DNA from: Nemertoderma westbladi
Lineage: Eukaryota; Animalia; Xenacoelomorpha
Reading direction: 5' to 3'
DNA: 46,702 nt
Assembly: GCA_032718475.1 (NCBI GenBank)
Contig: JAUCBJ010008891.1
Coordinates: 1 to 46,702, forward strand
In this document: positions 34,176-45,147 of the stretch, piece after piece
Layout: the number at the start of each line of letters is the position of its first letter
How positions within the stretch are numbered: position 1 is the stretch's first letter
Made by a program: the position numbers and the translations under genes
The notes under the pieces: model-generated
Databases searched by the model: none
Told to the model about the DNA's origin: nothing
The model's input: only the letters and a program-made list of their open reading frames with translations

Positions 34176-35190
34176 TGCACCATATGCTGACCTTTTCTAC
34201 GTCTCGCTCGCGTACTTGCACTTAGATCATGGAGACCTCTAAACTGACTGTTGCTGGGGTGATTGACCTTTGACCTTGGACCCGCTGTAGTATTTTGTGA
34301 TTTATCGCTTAGAACACATCTCTCGGAATATTAATTACGTTGTACAATTATCACGAACGACTACACCTATGAATTTATAACATGTACAGCCTTTATTTCA
34401 AACTGAACACTGTTTTATTCCAAAGTTTGTAAAGTTCACATTGATTTTATCTATGTTGCGTCACGTATTTTATTGCTGCTTTTGTGTAATCCCTGTATAT
34501 ATTTTATGACCCAATAATCTGTGCTATATCGATTTTATTTGATTAAAAGAAATGAATGAATGAATTAATACCGTGGGACTAATATATTATTTGTGGCACC
34601 GTACTAATGTTCGACTTTCCCCATACATACACAATATATGCCGTCAATGCGTTATCTATAACCTTACCATCACTATCTATACTTATATGATACCGATATT
34701 TGGTTATTTTAATGATTGGTGCAGTTTTCTTTATTTCTACTACTAAAATACAGGTTTATGTACTCATCATCGATGCTTTTTATACCTCTATGACTTATTT
34801 TATTATAACAACGGTAATTTACCTGACCTAATTAATGGGATATTAGTAACCAGCTTCTCGTGTAATAATATGTACAATAATTGTTTATTATGTATCGCCA
34901 TTTCTCTATGTAACTATAACTAACCTACTATGTATAATAACTGTCAGTTTTTATTGTGCGGTGCACGTTTTACTCCATTAATATCAATTCTATTTGATTA
35001 AAGACAATGAATGAATAGAGATAATTTAACTCTGCATAACAATAATAAACATACTGTAGGCCTATAGTAAGTATTTATGAAAAAGGTTAATTATATAAAA
35101 AAAATTAATTGATTACATAATTTTATGATAATTTCTTTATAACTCGCACATTAAATATAATGTAAATTTTTCGTACAATAATTAACTTAC

Positions 35191-35409
35191 CCTCGTATGT
35201 TGCCCCTGACAACCAATCTAACAACTGCTTTCTCGCCCCTGGCTTAACGTAGTTGGCTACAGCCCTGTTAGTTTCTCGTCGCTTTTTCCATAATTGGAAT
35301 GCGGCTGAGGCATCCGTAATAGATCCATTAGTGTTTACAGACGCGTCCATGGCAACCCGGGCATCCGAATGTTTGCTGTCGTCTAACATCTTCTGAACAA
35401 TAGCGCGAT
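35191..35409 (-). CDS. Internal coding exon of an unidentified host gene (phase 1-1, 219 bp)
   Basis: ttttaaatAG acceptor, GTAAGT donor, open frame (D)RAIVQKMLDDSKHSDARVAMDASVNTNGSITDASAAFQLWKKRRETNRAVANYVKPGARKQLLDWLSGATYE. Higher GC than flanks. Confidence 0.7.
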
Positions 35410-36194
35410 CTATTTAAAATAATACGGTATGAACTTACTAAAATTTATAATTTCAATATATTTTTTATATATTGTAATGAAATATTGCACGATAAATAAA
35501 TATTGGTCTATTATTCAAGAGCGCCCTTCTAGGCTTATAGGGCTGTAAAAGTTAAGCAGCCAACCGGCAGTCTCAACCTCTCCCAACAACGACAAATACA
35601 GTATAATACTCTAACAGCATATGACTCTCGTTTATTGTTTTTGTAAGAATAACCATCTACTTGAATCTCTTCCCTTCAATAGATATTTAACTTTAACGAT
35701 CGAAATAATGGTTGTCGGATTTGGTTTCCTTACGACCAGTGGTTGCTTAAATGATCCAGGCCCACGGCACTTCTTCGTTGATTCTCAATTGAATTAGCTT
35801 TACCTATAATATTTCTAACCCTCGCTTATTGTTTTGGTTCCCCCTATTCGCCTCTATCACAATGTCCCTTTACTTACTAAATAATAGGATAAAAAAACTA
35901 AAATCAATACTAAATAGATCTGCCCTTCCTTGGACATAAACAACAGTAGTTTATTAATATCAACATCGTGCAAATTGGTATAATATAGGACTACGTAGGA
36001 ATATCAACAGTAGGCCTAATGTCTCCTTTATGTAGACTATGGACCGACGTACAGTAGCCTACCTACCACAGTTAGTTGTTGTCGTGCTATTGCATATTAT
36101 ATTACGCTTACATTGCATACAATTACAGCATATTGTATAATTTTATTGTTATTATATAACAGACCCAGTCTCACCAGTTACATGCAGTACGTAC

Positions 36195-36267
36195 CCTTTT
36201 CATTTGCATTTTTCATCCATGCCTCTGTCGCTTGTCGCATGACTGGAGTGAAGGCACGCACTGCACC
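36195..36267 (-). CDS. Internal coding exon of the same host gene (phase 0-1, 73 bp)
   Basis: tttttgttaattcccgaAG acceptor, GTACGT donor, GAVRAFTPVMRQATEAWMKNANEK. Phase matches the next exon. Confidence 0.6.
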
Positions 36268-36822
36268 CTTCGGGAATTAACAAAAATAATACGCTTTAAT
36301 ATCATAATATTGATAATATTCGCAATATTTACATCGATACACATAAATAACAACAATTTACCGTAGCCTACAGTATTTCACGACATAATTATTAGTTTTT
36401 TTTCCCGCGTTGTTGATATATGGAACAAAGTACCTGTAGAAGTACTGTAGTTCACTCCACTAATATAATTTTATTTAAGTCTAAAAGATATCGACATTTT
36501 TACGAAATATATAATAATACTTATATAGCGATAACTACGTATTTTATTTTTTTAGCTTTAGTACACTTAGCACAAGTATTTCTTATGATTAATTTACTAG
36601 CACTACTGTATGTTACATTTTTGTGAATTATTATAAGTCAATTTTTGCCTTAAGGTCTTTACAGTCGTTACTGGTTTCTCTAAACCTCGTTGAAGTTCTC
36701 CCTTTTTTTTAATATTTTAATTTACTAAATGATCTAATATAATAATAATACTGTAATAATATATGACAGTACACGTTTTAAAAAATATAAATTTTGCGAT
36801 TCAATATTTGAAAACACGTCCA

Positions 36823-37470
36823 AATAATAACAACAACAATAATAACACTTTATTCAATATTCATATACAGTACATAATATACTTTGTCATAGATATATAG
36901 ATTTATTTATACATTATGTACAATGTACCGGTATAAAGGTATTGTCCAACATAACATATAGGATTACCCCTAAAGCTTTGCAGCTTATTTCCAAGAGGGT
37001 CCTTTATGTTACTTGGTTACAAATACAATATTACACTACGCAAACCTAAAACCAATGTAAACGTAATTACACTATGTACATGTACAACTTTACCGAGAGC
37101 GTGACAATGTCCGACTCAACGATAAAGATGTAATGTACAGAACAATTTATTATAAAACGTAATTACAGTATAAATAGTAAATAATTAATAAACTAATAAC
37201 TTACTGTTGGACTATTGTACCTATTTTTACATTGCACACTGAGGTGAGATTTAACTGCAGATTTAAAAGACTGTTGATTATCTATGTTTTTAATTTCATT
37301 AGGCAGAGCGTACCAATTTTTAATACCGTTAAAAAATAAAGTATCAGATTCAAAGGATTTACAATTCGGGAGGTAGAAGTTTGAAGCACTAGCTCTGGTA
37401 CTGTAAGAGTGTGTATCGCGTACTCTGTTGAATTTTGTTTTAGGTAATTGGGACATTTACCACTATACAC
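36823..37470 (-). mobile_element. 5'-truncated CR1/L2-group (Crack-like) LINE 3' fragment in a host intron
   Basis: C-terminal ORF2 motif THSYSTR...F.NGIKNW.ALPNEIK.....FK..VK.HL (37193-37456). 3' UTR with AATAAA (~36849-36854) and a TTA/TTG tail. Confidence 0.75.
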
Positions 37471-37506
37471 TATTATTATTCATTTCACATTATACTGTCT
37501 GCTAAC

Positions 37507-37619
37507 TTTGTTTATTCTGGTCGTATCTACGATCGCTTTATCAACAAGTCCCGTTGGTTTTGTTCTCGCTTCTTTTCGACGAAGTTTGTCCGGTAATTTT
37601 AAGTCTGATGACTCATCGA
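37507..37619 (-). CDS. Internal coding exon of the same host gene (phase 1-0, 113 bp)
   Basis: ttattgttgcAG acceptor, GTTAGC donor (weaker), (V)DESSDLKLPDKLRRKEARTKPTGLVDKAIVDTTRINK. Confidence 0.55.
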
Positions 37620-37957
37620 CTGCAACAATAATATTTAAATACATTCAGAAAGCGAATCTGAAGGTGATACCTGTGTAGGCCTACATACTATTAGTGGTCG
37701 GCCTAAAGTACTTGCACTATTCCAACGTTCACTACATCAGATTGATTGAAATAGCCGACAAATATTGTTAAATATAGCTTAAAATTATCAAACCGACCCA
37801 AACCCATACCCAAAATCCACTACCCAAACTACAGTATCTGTCCACCTAATCCGCACCGGTATGCCTACACACACATTTAGCTACTGTAAGCTAATCGTCA
37901 CAGAGTGTTAACTCATGCTGCGCGAAAGCTCTCATATCGTGTATTCAATAAGCTCAC

Positions 37958-38082
37958 CCTTATAAGGTTCTTCGAACTTCTTGGCTTTCGACGCATCTGG
38001 TATTCCAGCGACATCAGCTATTTGTAGTTTAAATGGTTCGTTTATCACAGGTAAGTCGTGTAAATGGGTTACAAGGAAAACA
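37958..38082 (-). CDS. Internal coding exon of the same host gene (phase 2-1, 125 bp)
   Basis: Strong ttttgtttttattttcAG acceptor, GTGAGC donor, VFLVTHLHDLPVINEPFKLQIADVAGIPDASKAKKFEEPYK. Phase matches the next exon. Confidence 0.65.
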
Positions 38083-38105
38083 CTGAAAATAAAAACAAAA
38101 GCTTG

Positions 38106-39026
38106 AAATAGGCCTAACCACTAACCATTACCGTACAAATAGGCCTAACCACTAACCATTACCGTACTAATAGGCCTAACCACTAACCATTACCGTATAA
38201 ATAGGCCTAACCACTAACCATTACCGTACAAATAGGCCTAACCACTAACCATTACCGTACAAATAGGCCTAACCACTAACCATTACCGTACAAATAGGCC
38301 TAACCACTAACCATTACCGTATAAATAAAAAAAAGTAAAAAGTAAATTTTCTTCGGCCGCTAGACCAGGGATTACGCACAAAGTTTGACGACTTATTTCC
38401 AGTGCGGTCCCCCCAGAACTTTACTCCCCAGAGGAAACTCCAGTACTCATTTAGCTACCACTTAAGGATGCAAGGCAGAGATGCGCCCTGGCTGGTCCCT
38501 TTAAGCATTCGTGCCGAAACGAAAACTGCCCTGGCCCATGTGAGGATCGAACCCACGACCTACAGGAGATGTGAATTCAATGCAACCACTACACAAAGGT
38601 GGAACCTAAATAGGCCTAACCACTAACCATTACCGTACTAATAGGCCTAACCACTAACCATTACCGTACAAATAGGCCTAACCACTAACCATTACCGTAA
38701 TAAATAAGCCTAACCACTAACCATTACCGTACTAATAGGCCTAACCACTAACCATTATCGTACTAATAGGCCTAACCACTAACCATTACCGTATAAATAA
38801 GCCTAACCACTAACCATTACCGTACAAATAGGCCTAACCACTAACCATTACCGTACTAATAGGCCTAACCACTAACCATTACCGTATAAATAGGCCTAAC
38901 CACTAACCATTACCGTACAAATAGGCCTAACCACTAACCATTACCGTATAAATAGGCCTAACCACTAACCATTACCGTATATATAGGCCTAACCACTAAC
39001 CATTACCGTACAAATAGGCCTAACCA
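38106..39026. repeat. 31-bp minisatellite (~20 units) interrupted by a SINE
   Basis: AAATAGGCCTAACCACTAACCATTACCGTAC repeated: ~7 units before and ~13 after the insert, plus one degenerate unit near 39080-39113. Confidence 0.95.
38328..38606 (-). mobile_element. tRNA-derived SINE (279 bp) with 6-bp TSD
   Basis: Minus strand begins GGTTCCACC. A-box-like TGTGTAGTGG (38595-38586), B-box GGTTCGATCC (38553-38544), TTTTAC/T-rich tail. TAAATA duplicated at 38322-38327 and 38607-38612. Confidence 0.85.
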
Positions 39027-41124
39027 TGGAATATTAAATATAGATCTCTATATTTAGACTCAATATTTAGTATTGCATGGTCTAACCACTAACCAGTACC
39101 GTACAAAAAAGCCTGTGGCATATACGTTTCAATAATTATTGTTCAACTTATAGTATGGTATTGACAGAAGTCATATTCTTGTTACATTATACACAACACA
39201 ACCATGAATCACATTTATTGTTGATTTCTTATATACAGTATATACGGCCAATACGGGAATATATAGACTTTCCTAGAAAATATTTAGAGTCAAATATGTA
39301 ATAATACAACACGTAAAGATTGCACAAATAGTCCTAAGAAAAATATCTTTAAATGAGAAAAATAATACTAATATTGTTTGTTAATAGTTAGAGGATAAGG
39401 TATATGAAGTGTGTCTACTTTAAATGCGAAAATAATGTATATATATGTGACGGTAATATAATAATGTGAAAAGTTGGCATAGGCCTACTGTACAGTACAG
39501 TACAATACTGTATATAAATATTAGGTGCCCAGTTTGTCATTAAAGAAAATAATAAATATTGTCGATCGTTGAAATGAGAAAATAATAAATATTGTCGATC
39601 GTTGAAATGAGAAAATAATACTAATATAACGTTACCTGTGAGGCTAATATAAATAAATTGGATGTGAATACAGTAGTTTGTCGTTAAATAAATATATAAA
39701 TAATGTACATCTTTAAAGGAGAAATTAATAACAATCCTTAAAGGAGAAATTAATAACAATCCTATATTCTAAGAACATCGGAAAATAAGCATATAATGTA
39801 CGTAATGTTAGGTGTATAGATATAATCAATAAATATATAAAAATATAAAAATAAAAATCGTCATAATTAGATTTTATAATTTTTTGCAATTAACTAAATA
39901 GTATTACTGTAGTTGGTATGTCGGCGGGATTAAATAGACAAGGCGAGGCCCGAGGGTGGGTTAGTCTGGCGTGATTGTTTGCGGTGTTGAATGAGTTTGT
40001 TGACGTAGGTTGGTGCTCCCGATCTCTGGGGAGGCGCAAGTTCATGAGAACTCGTGCGGATTCGTGAAAACGTTATTATGTATGCCGATAAGTACATTTT
40101 ATTGTAAGCAGAGGGTCTTGATAGTCTTGGGTGAATGGAAAAGGTAAGCACAATGTATTTTGTCTTGCCCTTATTTGCCTTTTTGTGACGGGATCCGAGA
40201 ATCCCGACCGGTGTGGTTTATGTACGCGTCCCCGCCGTGCGAATGAAAAGATAATAGTTTGTTGTTCTAACGTTATCAATGTGGAAATATATATGTGTAA
40301 TATAGGGTGATAGTAGATAGCAAGCACAGTTGACCGGTAAAATATAGGTTATAGTTGGTGACGGCGGTGACGGTTATAAAATATCACCGTACTGCCCTGA
40401 CTGAATGACTGAGTAAACTAAACTGTAAACTGAACACCAACCGGTAATATATCACACCACGTTCGCCTTATTACTCAGCTGATGCCTTTCCTGTCCCCCC
40501 ATTGGTTGATTGCCTACTTCTCGCCTTCAGCTCTGCGGGGGTGTTTCCCCCCCGCTGCTGTTACTCTCTCTCCTTGAGGTAGCCTGACCTCTAACCTCTA
40601 TTGTGTAAGGCCCTTTGGGGTTTGTCGTCCCCGTTTATTGGGGGTGATACGAGGTTGATTGGCAATCAACCTCGTACTCCCCAATATTGCTTAAAGGCGA
40701 TCTCTCCCACTTTATGGGGGTTGGTGAGGCGGAATTGAATACGCTCACACTCCCCCCCCCCCATGCTATCTTCCCGGTGAGAAGATAGCATCCACCTCAA
40801 AGTGCGCTACAATTCCACTGGAACTCGATCTACTATCGGGTGTGGGGTGGAGTTATTTTCTTGGAGTCGGCTTTCCAGGCCGCTCCCTGTGGGTATGATA
40901 ACGCAACCCAGTCTTAGTGCAACTTCCTATCTTGCACAAAGACATCTGACGTCTCGTGTCGAGCCAATTGTGGACTCTCACACAATTTTAAAAGCTCTCA
41001 CTCTGCTCTAAACTTCTCACTCTAACTCCGCTCTTACTCTCTCCCCACACCTGAATCGCACTCTAACTTCTCTCTCGCCAACAGCTCCTCTCACTATCTC
41101 TGTGCTCCTGTACTGTGCTATCGT

Positions 41125-41520
41125 ACTATCTAACTCTCTAACTTACTAACTACTTGCTATCTTCTAACTCTCTAGATTACTAACTACCTACTATCTAACT
41201 TTCGTACTACTTATTACTTTCTAGCTTCTCTAACTCTAGCTAACTCCTAACTCTACTAGAACTCTCCAACTCTCTACTAACTCTAACTCTACTAGCTCTA
41301 ACTAGAACCCTCTAACTCTCTACTAACTCTTCTAAGTCTACTAACTCTAACTCTACTAACTCCTAACTCTACTAGCTCTAACTAACTCCTAACTCTCTTC
41401 TAACTCTACTAGCTCTAACTAACTCCTAACTCTCTCCTAACTCTACTAGCTCTAACTAGAACTCTCTAACTCTCTACTAACTCTAACTCTACTAGCTCTA
41501 ACTAGAACTCTCTAACTAAG
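41125..41520. repeat. Low-complexity degenerate CTAA/CTCT/CTACT tandem repeat
   Basis: Recurrent ctctaactctactagctctaactag/aactcc units. Strong strand asymmetry, almost no G on +. Confidence 0.85.
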
Positions 41521-41531
41521 TCTACTCCGCT

Positions 41532-41816
41532 TACTACTTTCTACGTGGCGCTTTTGGTGCCCACAAAACCTCTACTACTACCTCCATCTACGTGGCACTT
41601 GCGGTGCCCACAACCACTCTCTGCTACTACTTCCATCTACGTGGCGCTTCCGGTGCCCACAACCACTCTCTCCTACTACTTTCTACGTGGCGCTTCCGGT
41701 GCCCACAACCACTCTCTTGCTACTTTCTATGTGGCGCTTCCGGTGCCCACAACCTCTCTACTACTACTTTCTACGTGGCGCTTCCGGTGCCCACAACCCT
41801 TCTGCTACTCGTGGCA
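41532..41816. repeat. ~44-53-bp tandem repeat (~5 copies)
   Basis: ctactttctacgtggcgcttccggtgcccacaacc(a)ctct repeated. Confidence 0.9.
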
Positions 41817-42486
41817 TGTTATATGCCACACTCCCTTACCTGCCGACTTCTAACCTAACTAACTTCTGCCTAACTTTCTAACTAAATTTCTGACTACTAC
41901 TTACTAAATTTCTACTTTTCTACTAAGTTTCTAATTTCTACCGTACTCCGAGTGTATTCGTTGGATCCGCCGTGAATTGAGTTTCGCACTCCTCCGCGCG
42001 GGTTTAATGTGTCTGCGGGGTGCGCGTTCTGCACGGAATCGACCGGTACGCTGCGAGACTCCGATACAGATGTCCAACTCGGACACCGACACGTCGCCAT
42101 ACCCATAGGCGACTAAATCACCTGTCTGCATGTCCAGGTGTTGAAATGCGCATCACAACTCTATTAGGCCTACTTTTAGTAATATACTGCTATTTTTATG
42201 TAGGCCTATATTGTTATTGTTTATACTTGTTACCTAGGCTACATCAGCTGGTGGTGGGACAATGTTTGTTTTTATATATTATTTATATTGATAATACAAA
42301 TTTATTGAAAGTAACAAAAAAAAAAAAATTCTACTTACTATCTTCTACTAACTATTATTTAATTATTTTATTATTTATTTTTAATTAAATAATTATTTGT
42401 GTGGGAAGGGCGTCTCGCCCTCATTCCCACCCCCCTCAGTCCAAAACATTGGACGACTAAACCCTCATCTAACTAGGGCGATTCTT

Positions 42487-44289
42487 TCAACAGGCACTCT
42501 CCCACTGCTCCCCTTGTAGGTCCTGTAGGATTCGCCACACTCTCATTGCCAATTCCAACTCACCAGGAATTGGTTCTCCCTCTTCTGCCACCCTAAAATC
42601 GGGTCTCTCCGCCGCCTTCTTAACTTCCTCGTCTCTTGGCATCAAAATGCCACCTCCCACCTTGTTATCTCCCGGCGGCAGAATGAAAAGAAAGTGAAAG
42701 AACAGGCAAAACAAAACGTACAATAATAGTCCTATCCCTTTCCATCCTGTCTTCTTACTCGACCTCCCCCTTGTCGGTATGCCTCTCAACCGGACCGGCG
42801 TCTCTTCCGGACGCTCCTCTGGACACTCCTTCCAACACTCCCCCGGACACTCCCCCGGACACTCTCCCGGACTGTTGTCCTCCGGACATCTCGCCGCCCC
42901 CTCCTCTCCATCCTCATACCGATACTTGCTGGGAAATCCATTCTCCTCCGCCCACTCTCTTACTTTTACTTCCCCGCCTGGTTTATCTGCTGTCTCCTGT
43001 TTCTCCTCTTCGTCCTCAACGTCTATGGTGCCTGGTAACATGCACCCTGATGTCTCCGTCACCCTAGATGGGATCTTGGTATTAACTGGGCTGCTAAGCG
43101 CCCATCCAAACGGCGTGAGGATCGCCATCGGATCCCACTGTCTGTCTTCGCCGAAGACCGTCTGCATTCTCTCGTGGGCCGTCGGGCAGTCCATTCCTAC
43201 TATGATGGACACCTTCGTAACGTCCACCTTTGGTATTGAGAAATCGATACCGTCCAGGAATCTATATTGTTCGACCTCAATGTTGGTTGGTCGCCTGGCG
43301 TTGATATTTATCGATTCTATCAACTGGATGGGGTCGATGGTCGCCCCATAGTCGCATCCCGGTGCAATCGCTGATATCCTGCACCGCCACATCCTCATCT
43401 CCAGGACCTCATCCTTACTTGAGACGGTAGTTACCGCCATTCTATTCGGCCTCGTCTTTAGCCCTATCTCTTCGGCCACCCAGTTCTCCACCAGCGTGAA
43501 AGCTGCTCCGCTGTCGACCAGCATTAATGTCGTTACTGATCGACCACCCTCTCCTGATATCTTCACTGGTACTACCCCGAGTAGTACTTTTCTCTTCTTT
43601 CTTGCCACTGTCGTGCTTGTAGCCATTGTTTGGCCTCCAGTCTCGGACTCTCTAACTGCTGTTTCTCTACACTCTCCAGATCTGTGTCCTTCTACCACAC
43701 ATCGATGACATAGTCTGTTTGCATCTGTGTAGGCTACACGATCTTGTTTGGGCAACGCTTGCCAGTGCTTACAACTCATGGTCTTATGGGTTCCGTCCCG
43801 ATGTAATTGACATTCGAATCCTGGGTTATAGCGTTCCCTGTATAGTCCTTCACGTATCACGCGTAGGTTTATACCTACCGATTTAGTGTTTTGGTTATCT
43901 GTACTCGGCCTACTGGGTATGTTGGGATTGTGTTTATTTGTGGTGTTATTTTCTTTCTATCCCTGCCACGGTGTGGCCCTACTCCCAGCTAACTGTGGGC
44001 TTGTAGCCCCCTGTGTGGCCGTGTATGGTAGCGACTGTCTTACTCTCGGGAATGGATCTGCAGGTGTTGATTTTATTTGAGTTGGATATATCATTGGGGG
44101 TAACGGCCCCCTCCATATTTCCGTGTCGCACGACCTGTTCTCGTCCAGGGGGTTCGATGTTCTCATTGCTGTTCGAGTATATTGTTGATATTGTAATGGG
44201 GGAATGTCACCCTGCCCCCCCCCCCCCCTCCCCCCCCCACCGGTATGTTTGGTACTGGGGTTGATGTTAATATATTGGGGCCCATACAT
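42487..44289 (-). pseudogene. Degenerate BEL/Pao gag (zinc knuckles)-protease ORF of a second family; no RT or integrase core
   Basis: CQLHRDGTHKTMSC, RLCHRCVVEGHRSGEC, VLLGVVPVKI...LVDSGA, SIIVGMDC, AILTPFGWAL. Track ORFs 43957-44289 and 42487-43860 share a frame, separated by one TAG (43959-43957). Further upstream pieces are frameshifted. PPT follows about 50 bp after the stop. Confidence 0.8.
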
Positions 44290-44811
44290 CTATCTGCAAT
44301 AACTCTCCCCTCCCCTGGATATATGTTATGTCCATGGATATTATAGTCATGCTGCTGTGCCGGTACCGATATAGGCCTATCCACTTCTTGCCTACCTACC
44401 GGTATGTACTCCGCGACTTCCGGGTTTAATCCCGTCGTTCGCGCTACCCTATCGCCTACACTATCTCTCCCAGCATGGACTATAATAGTATGTGCAGTAA
44501 GGCCTACAGTATGTCCTGCAGTCTGCATGTGCCCTTCCGAACCGAAGTTTATTCTTCTTGAATCTCGAATCTCCCCGCGACTACCGTACTTCGATCAGCA
44601 GCTATATCCCGTCGGGAAGTTTCTCTTCGATCCCCTCTCCTGTTCTCGTATTCGTATCGGTACACTCTGTACCCCTCTCCTGGCGTGCGGTTCGTCTCTC
44701 CGGGGCGACGGCAATCTCCCGGGGTTCGACCCCACTGACTCCCGAACTCCATCTCTACTACTGACGGCTCACTATCCATCCTCACTCTCTGGTTGCTCCT
44801 AGCAACGACTC

Positions 44812-44985
44812 TTACTTCTTCTCTCTTCGACCTCTCGGTTAAACTCTACTATTCTTCTTCTCTCTTCGACCTCTCGGTTAAACACTACTAATCTTCTTCT
44901 ATCTTCGACCTCTCGGTTAAACTCTACTAATCTTCTTCTTTCTTCGACCTCTCGGTTAGACTCTACTAATGTTCTTCTCTCTTCT
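44812..44985. repeat. ~39-bp tandem repeat (~4.5 copies)
   Basis: cttctctcttcgacctctcggttaaactctactaat repeated. Confidence 0.9.
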
Positions 44986-45147
44986 GACTGACATCTTCTC
45001 GCTCGCCCACTCTCGGCGCTAACTCTGACTCTGACTCTACTCTGTCCGGCTGGACCCTCCTGGGGATACTCATCATCCCCCTACTATTCTCCGTCGTCGG
45101 GTGCCACGGTTCACCTAACTTGCCCTGCGCATTATCCGCCGATGCCT

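Larger units (their letters stand above)
39919..42423 (-). repeat. Putative long 3' LTR of the second BEL-like element (distal boundary uncertain)
   Basis: TG start directly after the PPT GAGGGGGGTGGGAA (42437-42424). AATAAA on - near 40100. Composition switches to AT-rich host DNA after ...CCGCCGACA at 39919. No second copy in the window to confirm. Confidence 0.4.

Noticed and set aside
35730-35803. Possible extra or alternative terminal exon (G)KANSIENQRRSAVGLDHLSNHWS*, and small exon candidates near 36433-36459 and 36649-36702
   Set aside because: Splice signals are weak or phases do not chain unambiguously; cannot be supported without transcripts.
38535-38606. Functional tRNA gene
   Set aside because: A/B boxes are present but no convincing cloverleaf; it is followed by a SINE body and tail and flanked by a TSD.
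39415-39759. 114-aa hydrophobic ORF and other short ORFs in AT-rich intronic DNA
   Set aside because: Derived from AT-rich sequence with local ~33-bp duplications; no splice or homology support.
41125-41520. Telomeric repeat tract (also CCTAACC in the 31-bp unit and TTTAGG in the satellite)
   Set aside because: No run of perfect TTAGG or TTAGGG units; these are degenerate internal low-complexity motifs.
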